This document shows positions 49,550 to 62,618 of a stretch of 64,000 bases of DNA, one piece after another. The position numbers and the translations under genes are program-made. Below the pieces are notes generated by a model, which saw only the letters and a program-made list of their open reading frames with translations, had not been told where the DNA came from and made no database searches. How positions within the stretch are numbered: the first letter of the stretch is position 1; each line of letters starts with the position of its first letter. The stretch spans positions 41,016,640 through 41,080,639 of the forward strand of contig JARDVH010000106.1 in the NCBI GenBank assembly GCA_030324005.1. The letters are read 5' to 3'. The DNA comes from Negaprion brevirostris (lineage: Eukaryota).

Positions 49550-50834
49550 TCTTGCGGTTATTCAAAGATGATAAAACAATCCCTTCCATTGCCTTTGCCC
49601 AGATACAATGTTAGGCATTAGTGCTCTCAGCATACGAGTTGGCAGAATGGGCAGTACAAATTTTCAAATCTGAAGAGAAGCAGCAATTGCCATAGATACC
49701 GGATTGTGCAATTTTTATTGGCATATAGAACCACCTGACACTCAACAGGCATAGCCCGGGCAGAACTACAGGCGTGTGTCAGTTGCAGACAAGAATAAGC
49801 CTTATATTTCCAAATTTGGCTGGAAGGGTGGTGTTTAGGCAAGATATTCAAAAAGGAAATCATGGCTTGTCATAGGCGAAGAGATGGTTTGAGGTGGATG
49901 ACCCAGTTTTTGCAAGGGACTTTGAAAGTGGTCCTAGCAGGGTTTCAGGAATCATTGTAGCTAAGACTGGGCCAGTATCATACGAGGTAAGCACCCAGGA
50001 TAAGATCCTGAGAAAACATCTAAACTATTTGGGAAAAAAAAGCCTCCACAAGAGTAGATTGTGTCATCAACTCCAGCCATGCCCAATGTTAGTACTGATC
50101 AAAGTATTGAGAGGACTAAACAGGCCATTGTAAACACAGAATTCATTGCTACGGTGGGGTGGAGAAACAGTGGCTGAGGATGTACTTGTACCAGGAGAAG
50201 TAAACAGAGAGACTTGCCTGAGTGAGACAAACCTGAGGAGAAACAGCAACCAGCGATACTTTGTTGCTCTTAACGTAAATGGAAATTTGTCCAATAGACT
50301 GAGGTATTGATAAGTCTTGAACATTAATATGTTCCAAAGGGGACCTGAAGGGGGGAGATTGTCGCTGCGTGCCTCAGAGACCACATGACTTCCTGTCCAA
50401 TAGAATGGGAGGATGTGCAGTTTAAAGGAGAGTTATTGCCTGGACTAAGAAGTTGTAAGAATAATAGGTTTCTATTGTTATGTCTTGTAAATGATTATGT
50501 AAATAGTTTGCCTACCTGCATATAAATAGTTGTTGTCTTTATCCACTAGCGATTGCCAGTTTACTTTTGTACAAGTATAATGAATTGCAAATAGCGTGCA
50601 TTTGGACATTTAGGTCTTAAGAACACTAGAAATTGAAGTAGGCATAGGCCATTCAGCCCTCTGCCTGTTCTGCTATTCAATAAAATCATGTCTGATCATG
50701 TATCTCAATTCCAAATTCCCTCACCAATATCTTTAATTCTCTTGATGTCCTAAAATCAATCCATCCATTTGCAATAACTGAGCATGCTCAGTCTTATGAG
50801 AAAGATAACTTAAAGGTCTATAAGTCTCAATACA

Positions 50835-51800
50835 ATTAAAAAAAAGTAATACAAATGTCCCAGTGCATTTCACAGCAGCATTATAAAACACAAATGATTC
50901 TCAGACACATAAGGAAATATTAGGTCAAATGACCAGAGCTTGGGCAAAGAGACTTAAGGAGTTTCTCAAAGGAAAAATAAAGTGAGGTGCTGAGGCATAG
51001 CAAGAGTATTCCAGAGCTTGGAATCCAGGTAACTGAAGACACAGTTAAAATTGGGATGTTCAAGAGGCTAGAAACAGAGGAACACTGATATCAGAACTGG
51101 GCTTGAGGAAATTACAGAAATAGCGGGGAGTAAGGCCATCGAGGGATTTAAAAATCAGGCTGAGAACTTTAAAATCAGAAAACTGCATGACTTGGAGACA
51201 GTGTAGGTGAGTGAGCACTGGGTTGATGGGTGAATGGCACTTGGTGTAAGTTATGGCATGGGCAGAGTTTTGGGATGACCACAAGTTTACAAATGGTGGA
51301 ATGTGGGAGATCAACCAGGATTGTGTTGGAATGTCCATGTCTAGAGGTAATAAAGGCATGAATCAGGGTCTCAGTAGCAGATTAGATGAGATGGGGGAGA
51401 AGTCTGGCAATGTTCTGGACATGGAAGTTGATGGTATTGGTTATGGTGTTGATGGATGGTTGGAAGCTCATTGTGGGGACAAGTGTGACACCCAGGTTGC
51501 AAACAGATTGGTTTAATCTGAGACCCGGAGAGGGATGGAGTCAGCAGCTAGGGATTGAAATTTGCAACAGGAACTGAAAACAAGCCTTCAGTCTTCCTGA
51601 TAATTAATTGGAGAAAATTGCTGCTCCTTCTAGTACTGGAGTCAGTTAGGCAATCTGAAAATTTAGTAAGGGAAGTGGTGGTGAGATAGAGCTGGGTGTT
51701 GTCAGCAGTCATGTGAAAACTAATGCTACACTTTCATTCAATGGGCAGCATATGGATGAGAAATGTGAGTGGCCAACGGTAAATCCCTGGGGCACACCAG
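50835..51800 (-). mobile_element. L2-clade LINE fragment
   Basis: HSPINPVLTHLHCLQVMQFSDFKVLSLIFKSLDGLTPRY (L2 C-terminal motif); upstream antisense YADD-like region CACATGACTGCTGACAACACCCAGCTCTA. Confidence 0.8.
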
Positions 51801-52794
51801 ATTCATTAACATTTGAATTCTAATTTTGAGACTGTGTCAAAAAGAGAATTTTTGCAGTAGGAAAATAAACTGAGTCAATAATTTTCACCATCAATTTTTA
51901 ACAAAGAAACAACATTACTTTGCTACATTTTTAATGTGGCAGAGTAATCCAATCAGAAATAAAAGTATCCTGCTAATCATTTAAGCTCAGGATGGAGCTT
52001 AATGAAATGACAGACAGCAAAATAGCATCTGGTTGATCAAATCTTCCTCACACAGGTATCAAGAATAGAAAATCTCAAACCACCAGCAGCCAGGCATTCT
52101 CCAGGGGGGAGGCAAAATTGATCAAATCCCAAAATTAATTAGGAAGAAAATATGGAACAGTTATCCTTCAACCCCTTTAGGCAATGCAAAATCAGAAGAA
52201 TGAAGAATGAACACATACACGCATATATATATATATATGAAAAATATGCTCTCCATCTACTCTCGACACCCTTTGACTCGCTTGTTAGTCAAGAATCTAT
52301 TTATCTCTGCCTTAAAAATATTCATTGACCAAGCCTCTACCACCCTCTGGGGATGAGAGTTCCACTGGCACACAGTCTTCTGAGAAAGAAAGTTTCATAA
52401 TAATTTAGCAATCTTTATTAGATGTGATAGCTACCTCAGTCAAGAAGTGGCCTAGCTCTCAAACATTTGCAGAGTCAGCAAGTCACACACTAATCAGCAA
52501 CATGTTCTACTATCCTCTAGAAAAAGAAGGGTGATTAGCAGCTAAAAGTAACTCCAATTTTTTGCAATTTATGTATACAATCTTTCAAATTGCAATGATC
52601 TTTCAGTGGTAGGTCTGGTGGTATCTGTGGAGTGAAAACCCAAAGAAAGAGGGAAAACATCTATTATAATATTGCACATACTTTTATCAAACCACCCTTT
52701 TTACACAGAAACATAGAAAATAGGTGCAGGAATGGGTCATTCGGCCCTTCAAGCCTGTGCCACCATACAACATGATCATGCATTTGTTTGCTTT

Positions 52795-53890
52795 TGATTT
52801 GATCTATTATTGTCACATGTATTAGTATACAGTGAAAAGTATTGCTTCTTGCACACTATGCTGACAAAGCATACCGTACATACAGAAGGAAAGGCGAGAG
52901 TGCAGAAGTTGGTATTACAGTCATGGTTAAGGTGTAGAGAAAGATCAACTTAATATTAGGTAGGTCCATTCAAACGTCTGATGGGGAAGAAGATGTTCTT
53001 GAATTGGCTGGGACATGATCTCAGACTTTTGTATATTTTTCTGGAATGAAGAAGGTGGAAGAGAGTATGTCTGGTGTGCGTGGAGTGCTTGATTATGCTA
53101 ACTGCTTTTCTGAGCTTGCTGGAAGTGTAGACGGAGTTAATGGATTGGGGGCTAGTGATGGACTGGGTTACATTCACGACCCTTTGTAGTTTCTTGCGGT
53201 CTTGGTCAGAGCTGGAGCCATACAAAGCTGTGATACATCTGGAAAGGATGCTTTCTATTGTTCATCTGTAAAAATTTATGAAAGTCATAGCAGATATGCC
53301 GAATTTCCTTAGCCTCCTGAGAAAGTAGAGGCATTGATGGCTTTCTTAATTATAGTATTAGCATGGGGTACCAGGACAGGTTGTTGGTGATATGGACACA
53401 TAGAAACCTGAAGCTCTCAATCATTTCCTCTTCATCCCCGGCGATATAGACAGGGACATGTTTTCCATTATGTTTCCTGGAGTTAATGACTATCTCTTTC
53501 ATTTTACTGACATTGATGGAGAGGTTATTGTCATCGCACCAATCCACCAGATTCTCTATCTCTTTCCTACACTCCATCTTATCATTGTTTAAGATCCAAC
53601 CCACTATGGTGTTGTCATCAGCAAACTTGTAATTGGAGTTGGAGGGGAATTTGGCCATACATTCATAAGTGTATAAGAGTATAGGAGGGGGCTGATGTCA
53701 CAGCCTTGCGGGCTACCAGTGTTGAGGATGATCATGGAGGAGGCGTCATTACCTGTCTGTACTGATTAAGATCCATGGGTTAGGAAGTCTAGGATCCAGT
53801 TGCAGAAGGAGGAGCTGAACTCAGGCCATGGAGTTTAGAGATTAGTTTTGTGAGAATAATGGTGTTGAGGCTGAGCTGTAGTCAATACAG
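52795..53890 (-). mobile_element. Rex1/Babar-type LINE, RT to 3' end
   Basis: YKFADDNTIVGWILNNDKMECRKEIENLVDWCDDNNLSINVSKMKEIVI; YGSSSDQDRKKLQRVV; end TGTGACAATAATAGATCAAATCAAA. Confidence 0.9.
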
Positions 53891-55427
53891 CCATGTGACT
53901 ATGTGGTGCTCACCAGATTGTGACCCCAGGCTGGCCACTCCTCAGGATATTGGGTACAGGGGCAAGATGTGTCCCTGCCTTGAAAGAGGCCAAGTCTGTC
54001 CTCAGAGGAATGAGGTGGAAAACGGGCAGGCTCTTCCCAATGCTCTACTGCAGTCAACCTTGCAAATTAGGCACAAGCATCATGACTTAACTGGAGAATT
54101 AAGGGTCCACTCCCATCTATGTGGACAGCAGGTTGTCACTATAACCAGCGATGATGGGTTAATGAAACTCCTCCTCACTCTCCTGTCTACAAACANNNNN
54201 NNNNNACAAACAGCTGTCAGTAGTGACAATCCACCCCAACAGCTCCATAACTTCCAGTTCCACCAAGGTCCATGTTCACATCTCTGAAAGACAAACCCTG
54301 CTCTTGGCATTCTCCCTGCAACTGCAGCCTTTTTGTCTATTTTGGAAGGGAGTTAGCTGGTAAAACCATAGGTAAAGTCTTAGGTTTAGCAACAGACTGG
54401 GAGGAAAGAGTTAAAGTAATTCACACCTAACTGGATCTGTTAATGATTTATTCATATTTGGATGCATTGATGAAAGAAGGATGAATATAATATGAATTTT
54501 AAGTATTAAGCTATTAAGCTAATATCAAAATACTAAGTGTTGTATTTTAAACAGACTAAGAGTATTACAACGTGGAGTCACCCTGTCAGAAATGTCACAG
54601 CAAATGATGATTGAGGATCAGAAGTTTATGACTGAGTTAACAAGAATGCAGTAATTTCAAGTTTGAGGTACATAAGCTACAATATTTAAAACATTGAGGC
54701 TTATATTGTCGAGACATAGGATGTGTCAATCCTTTGGACTGGCACATCTCCATCTTGGCAATATGCCGTTAAGAAAATAGTCAAGAGTACTAAGCAATAA
54801 TGGTTACCAGGGTGTGGGTCATGCCAGGGCGGGTAGGATCCGGTAAGGGGAATGGGCAAATGGTAAATCACTATAATAAGCAGCATGTCGCAGCTGGCTG
54901 AGATAATCTGTCATAATATGGAATGAAAACAAATGAAGCTAATTAGTAGGAGTTTTTAAAGATAAGCAAAAGATATAATTGAATTGTATTTTGGCTCAGT
55001 GCCTCAGATCTCCGGAGAGGTCATCTAGTATCAGGAGTTGCTGTTTGACCCTTCAGAGAATCCCATGGTTGAGGTTAATGACTTGTTTGTTCTGTATGTC
55101 TTTTGTGTTATTTTAAAATAAATTCCAANNNNNNNNNNNNNNNNNNNNNNNNNNNNNNNNNNNNNNNNNNNNNNNNNNNNNNNNNNNNNNNNNNNNNNNN
55201 NNNNNNNNNNNNNNNNNNNNNNNNNNNNCTTCACCTGAGTTTGTACACTTGAGGTCTCCCAGTTAAATGGTGACAAATTTTGTTTGGACCAACAAGTTTT
55301 GGGGAAACCTTTACCTGGGGGCTGGTCTTAACACCTGGATATTCTAAGTAGAAAATGTAGGACTGACCAACCACTTGTGATCTAAGCTGATTAAAGGTTG
55401 AAATTAACACCATTCCTCCCCTCTTTA

Positions 55428-55540
55428 ACTCCTGAGGAAGAGTCATATCAATGTTAACGCTATTAAACATTAATGCTATTTTCTCTCTACACATTTGCTG
55501 CGTGACCTGCTGAATCTTTATGGCATTTTCTGCTTTTACC
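55428..55540 (+). mobile_element. Penelope-type terminal repeat remnant
   Basis: CTGAGGAAGAGTCATA...TTTCTCTCTACACATTTGCTGCGTGACCTGCTGAATCTTTATGGCATTTTCTG; same family as the 2143-2360 piece, in opposite orientation. Confidence 0.55.
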
Positions 55541-55992
55541 AGTTTAAGAGGACCAGTTCTACCAGGGATGAAGCTTCTTCCCAGACCATTTAGACCACAC
55601 ACCCTTTGGCATGGACCATTCTTTCAATGTTACTTAATGGAGTGCTGGTACCCAGTCAGTATCCAATAAGTTAAGCACATAAGCTGGCTCGAGTAGTAAT
55701 TTTGGTAGCTGCTGTAATATCCCCAGCACTGGTTCCCTTTGATATGTCAGGATGTTGTAGTACTGCACTCCCAGCAGAAATGGCCACAGCCTTGGCTTTA
55801 GGATGGAATGGGTCCTGCCACATTTGGAGCCCTGCTTTCCCATTCCATCAATTGCCCTCCCTTCCCCCACCATTCATCCCAGGCTCCCAGTTGTGTTCCT
55901 ATTTCACACAACTACAAACCTACAAAGCAAGGGTACAGCCTAGAGCACTCAGAATGGGTACCAGCGCAACAAGGTAATAACTCCATTGGGAA

Positions 55993-56230
55993 GCCATGAT
56001 GTGCAGATGCTGGCATTGGACACACAAGTCTCACAACACCAGGTTAAAGTCCAACAAGTTTATTTGGGGAGTTTTTGGAACACTGTTCCTTCGTCAGGTG
56101 AGTGGAGAAAGAGGTTTTTTTGTGAAACCTGCCCCTCTGCATGCCTGATAAAGGGGCAGCGTTCCAAAAGCTCGTGATTCCAAGTAAACCTGTTGGACTT
56201 TAACCTGATGTTGTGAGACTTCTTACTGAG
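55993..56230. mobile_element. Palindromic Penelope-derived mini-element with two inverted hammerhead motifs
   Basis: Arms at about 56026-56100 and 56143-56222 are inverted repeats homologous to the termini of 49031-49549; 11-bp direct repeat TCCATTGGGAA at 55982-55992 and 56231-56241. Confidence 0.8.
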
Positions 56231-56815
56231 TCCATTGGGAAAGATCAACTTTGAAAGCAAAAGTCAAACAATTCAGAGATCATTGGAAACTCAAATTACC
56301 AGGCATTCATTGGCTCTTAAGTAGATGGACGTGTCATTCAAAAGCTGGCATCGGATGAGAGGTTGGACAAGTCGGGAGTTGCATGAGGGGGGAGAGTGCA
56401 TACGTTTGGTGGTTAGCACTGGAGACAGATGTGGACAAGAAAAGCACTTGTTCAAACAAGTGACTTGAGGAATTTTGTTCTTTCAAATGGTGTTATTTTA
56501 ATTCTAGAGTAAAGCTTTCAGACAGAGAGTGAATCAGACACATGGTGCATCAGACAGTTTTTGCTGTGAATACACAGTCAGTTCCAGTAAGCTGAATATC
56601 AATATAGTGACATGAGGAATTTCTCTGCAAAGTTTGTTATAACGTAGCACAGCCATCATGATCAACTCCAAAAGAGAGAAAACATATTTCACTCTATTAG
56701 CTGCTGTCTCCCAGAACAAGTGACAATGTCACTAGTCTAATCCCGAGCTCAGGCTAATGTTCTGGAGACAAGGGTTCCAAACCCACCAGCGCAGTTGATG
56801 GAAAGCTCAAAAAAA

Positions 56816-57105
56816 AAGGTTTATTTAGTAGTCACAAGTAAGTTTGCTTTAACTCTGCAATGCAGTTATTGTGAAAACCCCCAGTCGTCACACTCTGGTG
56901 CCTGTTCATGTACAAGGAGGAGAATTTAGCATAGCCAATGCACGTAACCAGCATGTCTTTCGGACTGTGGAGGAAACTGGAGCGCACAGAGGAAACCAAT
57001 GCAGACACGGGGAGAACATGCAAACTCTGCACACACAGTGACCCAAGCTGGAATTGAATCTGGGTCCCTGGTGCTGTGAGGCAGCAATGCTAACCACTGT
57101 GCCAC
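56816..57105 (-). mobile_element. HE1-like SINE, tail B; preceded by a SINE family 2 head fragment (56715-56803, +)
   Basis: TTTATTTAGTAGTCACAAGTAAG...GCAGCAATGCTAACCACTGTGCCAC. Confidence 0.85.
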
Positions 57106-57477
57106 GACTGGAAGGGAGAGAGAGAACTGCGCTTCATTTCAACACCTTCCCATTAAACAGAGGGGCTTTTTGAGGGAAGCAGAGTTTAGTGTGGAATCTA
57201 AGAGATCTAATTTTTCTGCCTGTCTTCCCAACTCTGCATTCTACTCTTCAATTTCCACAAAGATAAAACCCAGAATCTGTTGTTCATAGATAATGTAAAA
57301 GGATGCTTCCCCTGAGCACTCAAACCTGCAGGAAATCTTTATCTCCTTCCTGCCAGATTGGACACAATTGCAATGAAGGACAGGAGAAATGACAGCCTGC
57401 TGCAAAATATACTGGACTGAGATGTTGACCTTACAGTAAACTGCTAGCCTGTGCTGCCTGACAGTGTCCACACTACA

Positions 57478-57885
57478 GATTTGATTTAACTTATTGTCAC
57501 ATGTATTAGTATACAGTGAAAAGTATTGCTTCTTGCACACTATATAGAAAGCATGTCGTACATAATGCTTGTCTTGGTACCCCATCCAGGCCAGTCGCTT
57601 TCCGTGCGTTGACCTTTGAGAAGGCTGCTCTGACATTTGCAATGGTGACCTCGGACACAGGTTTGTCCAAGGCTTCCCGGGTGGAGGGTGTGCTCTTGCT
57701 GACCTCGTGCTGAAAACAAGCATAGAATGTTTTGAGCTCATTGAGGAGGGGGGCATTGGTGCCGGCAATTTTGCATGCCTTCATCTTGTAGCCTGTTATG
57801 TCTTGCAGATCTTGCCGTAGAGGGTAGGGGTCCAAGTGGCTAGCCTGGAACATTAGTTTGGTCCGGTACTGTCTTTGGCTTTCAG
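57478..57885 (-). mobile_element. Internally deleted Rex1/Babar-type LINE
   Basis: NAPLLNELKTFYACF...VTIANVRAAFSKVNARKATGLDGVP is joined directly to the Rex-type 3' tail. Confidence 0.75.
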
Positions 57886-59180
57886 TATCCCATTCCCACT
57901 TTCTCTCTATATCCCTTGACCCCTTTAGCCACAAGTGCCATGTCCAGCTCCCTCTTGAACATGTCAAATGAACTGGCCCCAACAGCTTTCTGTGGTAGAG
58001 AATTCCACAGATTCACAACTGAGTAATGACGTTCTTCCTCCTCAGTGCTGAATGGCTTATGTCTTATACTGACGGTGACCCCTAGTTCTGGACTTCCTCA
58101 ACACTAAGAATATTCTTCCCGCATCTAGCCTTTCCAATCCCATCAGGGCTTTATATGTTTCTATGAGATCTTGTCTCATTCTTCTAAATTCCAGTGCATA
58201 CAAGCCCAGTCGACCCAGTCTCTTCATATGTCAGTCCTGCCATTTTAGGAATTAGTCTGGTGACCCTTGGCTGGACTCCCTCAATAGCAAGAATGCCCTT
58301 CCTCAGACTAGGAGACCAAAACTACATACAATACTCAAGGTGCAGCCTCACTAAAGCCCTGTATAATGGCAGAAAGACATCTTTACTCCTATGCTCAAAT
58401 TCTTTTGCTCTGAAGGCCAGCATGGCATTAGCTTTCCTCACTGCCTGCTGTACTTGCATACCAACCTTCAGTGATTATTCCACCATCACTCAAGTCATAT
58501 TTCAATTTCCCTAAACTTGCACCATTCAGATAATAATCTTCCTTCCTGCTTTTGCCACCAAAGTGGATAACTTCACATTTCTCCACATTATATTGCATTT
58601 GCCCACTCAGTCAGTCTGTCCAAGTCACCCTGCTGCCTCTATGTATCTTCCTCATAACACACTGCCACCCAGCTTAGAGTCACCTGCAAATTTGGAGATA
58701 TTGCATTTAATTCCTTTGTCCAAATCATTAATGTATATTGTGAATAGCTCGGGTTCCAGCACTGAAACCCTCTGTATCCCACTATTCACTGCCTGCCGTT
58801 CTCAAAAGGATCTGTTTATTCCCACTCTCTGCTTCCTGTCTGCCAACCAGTTCTCTATCCGCGTCAACACGCTACCCCCAATGCAATGAGCTTTAATTTT
58901 GCTCACTAATCTCTTATGTGGGACCTTGTCAAAAGCCTTTTGAAAGTCCAGATACACAACATCCACTGGTTCATCCTTGTCCATTCTACTGGTCACATCC
59001 TCAAAAAATTCTAGAAGATTTATCAAGCACGAATTATCTTTAGTGAATTCATGTTGACTTGGACTGATCCTGTCATTGTTTTCCAAATGCTCAGTTATTG
59101 CATCCTTAAAATTGGCTCCAGCATTTTCTCCATCACCGGTGTCAGGTCTATAATCCCCTGTTTTCTCTTTCCCCCCTTTT
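57885..59180 (-). mobile_element. CR1 LINE RT and 3' region
   Basis: 59086-58802 ORF SQHEFTKDNSCLINLLEFFEDVTSRMDKDEPVDVVYLDFQKAFDKVPHKRL...WLADRKQRVGIN. Confidence 0.9.
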
Positions 59181-59234
59181 TATGCATCTTTTAAGTGAAT
59201 AGGCCTAGCATTTTAAGTTTGTTGAGCAACTAAG

Positions 59235-59680
59235 GTTTTTTTTTTAAGGTGGAAACCTATTCCTTGGAGTTTAGGAGAGTGATGGTTGCTCTTATTTTAC
59301 CACATAAGATCCTGAAGGGGCTTGACAGGAAGATGGTGAGGTGTTCTTATTAGTGGGAGATCTCGAACAAGACTACATAGCTACAAGATAAAGGGTCAGT
59401 CACTTAAAACTGAGGTACGTAGAAATTTCTTCTCGCAGAAGGTGGTGCATCTCCAGAATTCTCTACCCTAAAGGATAGTGGAAGCTGGATCATTAGAAGT
59501 ATATAAAATAGAGATAGATAAATTTATTTGATAGATCAAGGAAGAGAGGGCTATGGGGAAATGACACATGAAAGGAGCTGAGGCCAGCATAGATCAGCCA
59601 TGATCATATTGAATGGGAAGTGATGGGGGGGACAGGGGGTGGAGGCCTACTCCTGCTTCTATTTTTTGTGTTCTTCTGTA
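59235..59680 (+). mobile_element. CR1 LINE 3' end
   Basis: LYSLEFRRVMV...KILKGLDR; AATTTCTTCTCGCAGAAGGTGGTG; tail CCTACTCCTGCTTCTATTTTTTGTGTTC. Confidence 0.8.
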
Positions 59681-60496
59681 TTCTTGTAGTCCTTTTTGAA
59701 ATATTTCTGCAAATTCTTCATTATCCAAAATTTAAGGAAACCAATTCTGGGTATGCCATTGCAAACGTGGTTGAAGATATTTCAGTAGCAATGGTATGCC
59801 ACAGGAAAGTAAGCAAGACAAGGTTGCATCAATCAGAAATAATCAAGTCTTGGGCTGGGTAAGGAGTAGAAAATGGTGTTGTGAAGAATGGTCATGTAAA
59901 CAGAGTCAGCAAAGAGAGTTAGGATTTGAAGATGATTGTCAAAGTCTTTGAATGAAATGATACAGGTGCTATTGAAAATACTTGTCGTAAAAGCAGAAGG
60001 TCTGAAGACAAAATCGCAATGTGATCATGAATGTGTAAAAAAAATGTTAGTAGGTTATGGGTTTTGTATACCAATAAAATTCCTGTTTTGTAATTGGTTA
60101 TGCACCCATTTTATTTTAACTTGGATATTTTCTGCAGAGATTATCTCACCAACCATGTATTACAAACAGAAATTGTGATAAAACACATCCCACAAAAACA
60201 ACCAAGCAATCACATTCTTCCAAAAAACAACTTCAGCTACCATGACATTTCTCACCAAGGTTCAGATTAAGAATGCTAGCTGTTGGTAATAGAATATCTT
60301 TTACTATACAAGTTTGAATTCTGAGGTGAAAGGATTATGATCAGCTCCTTAGTCAGACATTGCAGAGAGAGAGCGAGAGACTTACACCTGGGAAATCTAG
60401 AATTCAGTTTATCAGGATACTGAGTGACAGCACATATCTTTACAGGTTTGGAGCTCAACACGTGAAAAGGCTGCAAGGCCAGAGCATGCTGAAACC

Positions 60497-60790
60497 CATA
60501 GAATCCTTACAGTGAAGGAGGCGGCCATACTGCCCATCGAGTCTGTACCAACCACAGTCACATAACCTTACATATTTACTCTGCTAATCCCCTGACACCA
60601 GGGTCAATTTAACATAGCCAATCAACCTAACCGGACATCTTTGGACTGTGGGAGGAAACCACAGCATCCAGAGGAAACCCATGCAGACACGGAGAGAATG
60701 TGCAAACTCCACACAGTTACTGACCTGAGGCCGGAATTGTACCTATGTCCCTGACGCTGTGAAGCAGCAGTGCTAAGCACTGTGTCACCT
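60497..60790 (-). mobile_element. HE1-like SINE, tail A
   Basis: CATAGAATCCTTACAGTGAAGGAGGCGGCCAT...GCAGCAGTGCTAAGCACTGTGTCACC. Confidence 0.85.
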
Positions 60791-61949
60791 AAGGCCAATG
60801 GTCCCATGGTATAATTTTATTTACTTTCATATTTTAATTTCAAAAATAATTCTGAGTGACACACAACTGATATCAAATACACATGAAAATAATGTTTTTG
60901 GCATTTGAATCAAGTATTCCATGCAAGAACATCACCACACAGAAACAGGGCAGACTGAAAACAAGAGAGAGGGCAGACCGAAAACATCACTGGTGTTTTT
61001 ACACCTAGGAGTATCTAACTTTTCCTCTTAAAAAGTTACCTTGTGATAAACATGCAAATACCTGAATGGCTAAAGAAAGGGGTAAAATAGGGACCAAATC
61101 TTAGCACATGATTACAGAATTATAAATTGGACATTTTTTAATTAAAACTTGTTGGAACGCCTAACTTTACAGCCTTAAAGATTGACTCCAAACACCACAT
61201 TGTAAATTTTCACAGTATCTTCATTGCCGTGTTAATGTAAGCTGACTTATGACAAAAATAAATAAAAACAGTAACAAATCATGCAATGATTTGATATTGG
61301 GTTTAATTACAGATCTAACAACAATATCTCTGGAAAGGATCAAGATCACATTTGCTCACTGTCACTAAATTGACGATGAATACAAAAGATTCGAAGGATT
61401 GTCAAGTTTGAAATGCAAATTGAGGGGAATACAAATCAACATGTACACATCACTTAGCCCACTGGTGCAGTTGCATGCTCCAGAGTTGAACTAACAACTT
61501 TTAGGCAGTTTAGTTTAGAGTCAGAAACTGTTGGTTGTGAGGAATTGGGGAGAAGTTTGAGAAAGAAAGAGGAGGCAATAACAATCAATCACAATTTCCA
61601 TTTCTAATTAATCAATATATAGTGATCTCTGGTAGTTGAGTATTATAATTAACATAAATAACTGAATGCATCTTCTTTATTATGTGACATTAGTGTACCT
61701 TTAAGCAATGTTTTTAAAATCATGTTTTCTGTATCTCTCACATCTCATTGCTGCCGAGGTGTCTTTAAGAGTCCTTTCATTGCTACTTAAATGGTTCTTG
61801 TTTATTTTTAGTTTGGGATCTTTTATGACCCTGCATTGTTAGGAGGAAGGTCATGGGTTCTGGACAAGTTTTTGTGCCTTACTTGTGATTTTAAGCTTTC
61901 ACTTTCTGTTTGGCTGCAGCTTGAGCTTTAGTTTTAGGAAGGGACATCA

Positions 61950-62262
61950 CGGCCAATGAATCTAACCTGAACATCTTTGGTCTGTGGGAGGAAACCCACA
62001 CAGACACAGGTGGACAATCTCCACAGATAGTCACCCAAGGCTGGAATTGAACCTGGGTCCCTGGGTGCGAGGCAGCAGTNNNNNNNNNNNNNNNNNNNNN
62101 NNNNNNNNNNNNNNNNNNNNNNNNNNNNNNNNNNNNNNNNNNNNNNNNNNNNNNNNNNNNNNNNNNNNNNNNNNNNNNNTCCACAGATAGGCACCCAAGG
62201 CTGGACTTGAACCTGGGTCCCTGGGTGCGAGGCAGCAGTGCTTACTGTGCCATCATGCTGTC
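61950..62262 (-). mobile_element. HE1-like SINE (spans a gap, duplicated flanks)
   Basis: CTAACCTGAACATCTTTGGTCTGTGGGAGGAAACCC...GCAGTGCTTACTGTGCCATCATGCTGTCC. Confidence 0.75.
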
Positions 62263-62284
62263 CAATAATGGCCAGCTAATCTGT

Positions 62285-62510
62285 TCTAATGGCTTTAGTT
62301 GAGGAATAAATATTGACTAAGATATCTGGAAGCTATCTGATCTGCTAAGCAGTGACAAGAGATTGAGAGCAGGACCACTATTTAACACTTCATTTGAAGA
62401 GACAGTGCTTCAGTACTGCACGGACATGTAGATTGTATTTTCAAGTGTCAAAGGAGGGCCTAAATTCAACATTCAGCTCAGGGGTGAGAGTACTATCACT
62501 GAGCTAAGGT
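62285..62510 (-). mobile_element. Decayed DeuSINE (SacSINE1-like)
   Basis: Reverse complement CTTAGCTCAGTGATAGTACTCTCACCCCTGAG head ... TTAGTCAATATTTATTCCTCAACTAA Deu-domain end. Confidence 0.55.
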
Positions 62511-62618
62511 TAATACATATAGGTATTCACCTCTTCCCATAAGTCAAGCAGTAAGGTGCTCACCATTTAAGCTAACACAAAGATTGGTGATTTGGGGCTG
62601 CTGGGAACCAGAAACATT

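Larger units (their letters stand above)
46368..50573 (+). mobile_element. Decayed Ty3/Gypsy LTR retrotransposon, Mag-like, with nested insertions
   Basis: 5' LTR remnant 46368-46544 and 3' LTR 50360-50573 share GTTATTGCCTGGA.TAAGAAGTT and TATAAATAGTTGTTG; PBS TGGTGATGAGGA at 46546; PPT AAGGGGGGAGA at 50348; gag knuckles CFRHGASHTLGKC and FFRCNRTGHLRHRC at 47251-47349; RT AVPHSMLEKVEAE...IVPIIKLDKTVHICRDYK and YLDN; RNase H IPSIAFAQIQC*ALVLSAYE; integrase LAEWAVQIFK...FLLAYRTT. Confidence 0.9.
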
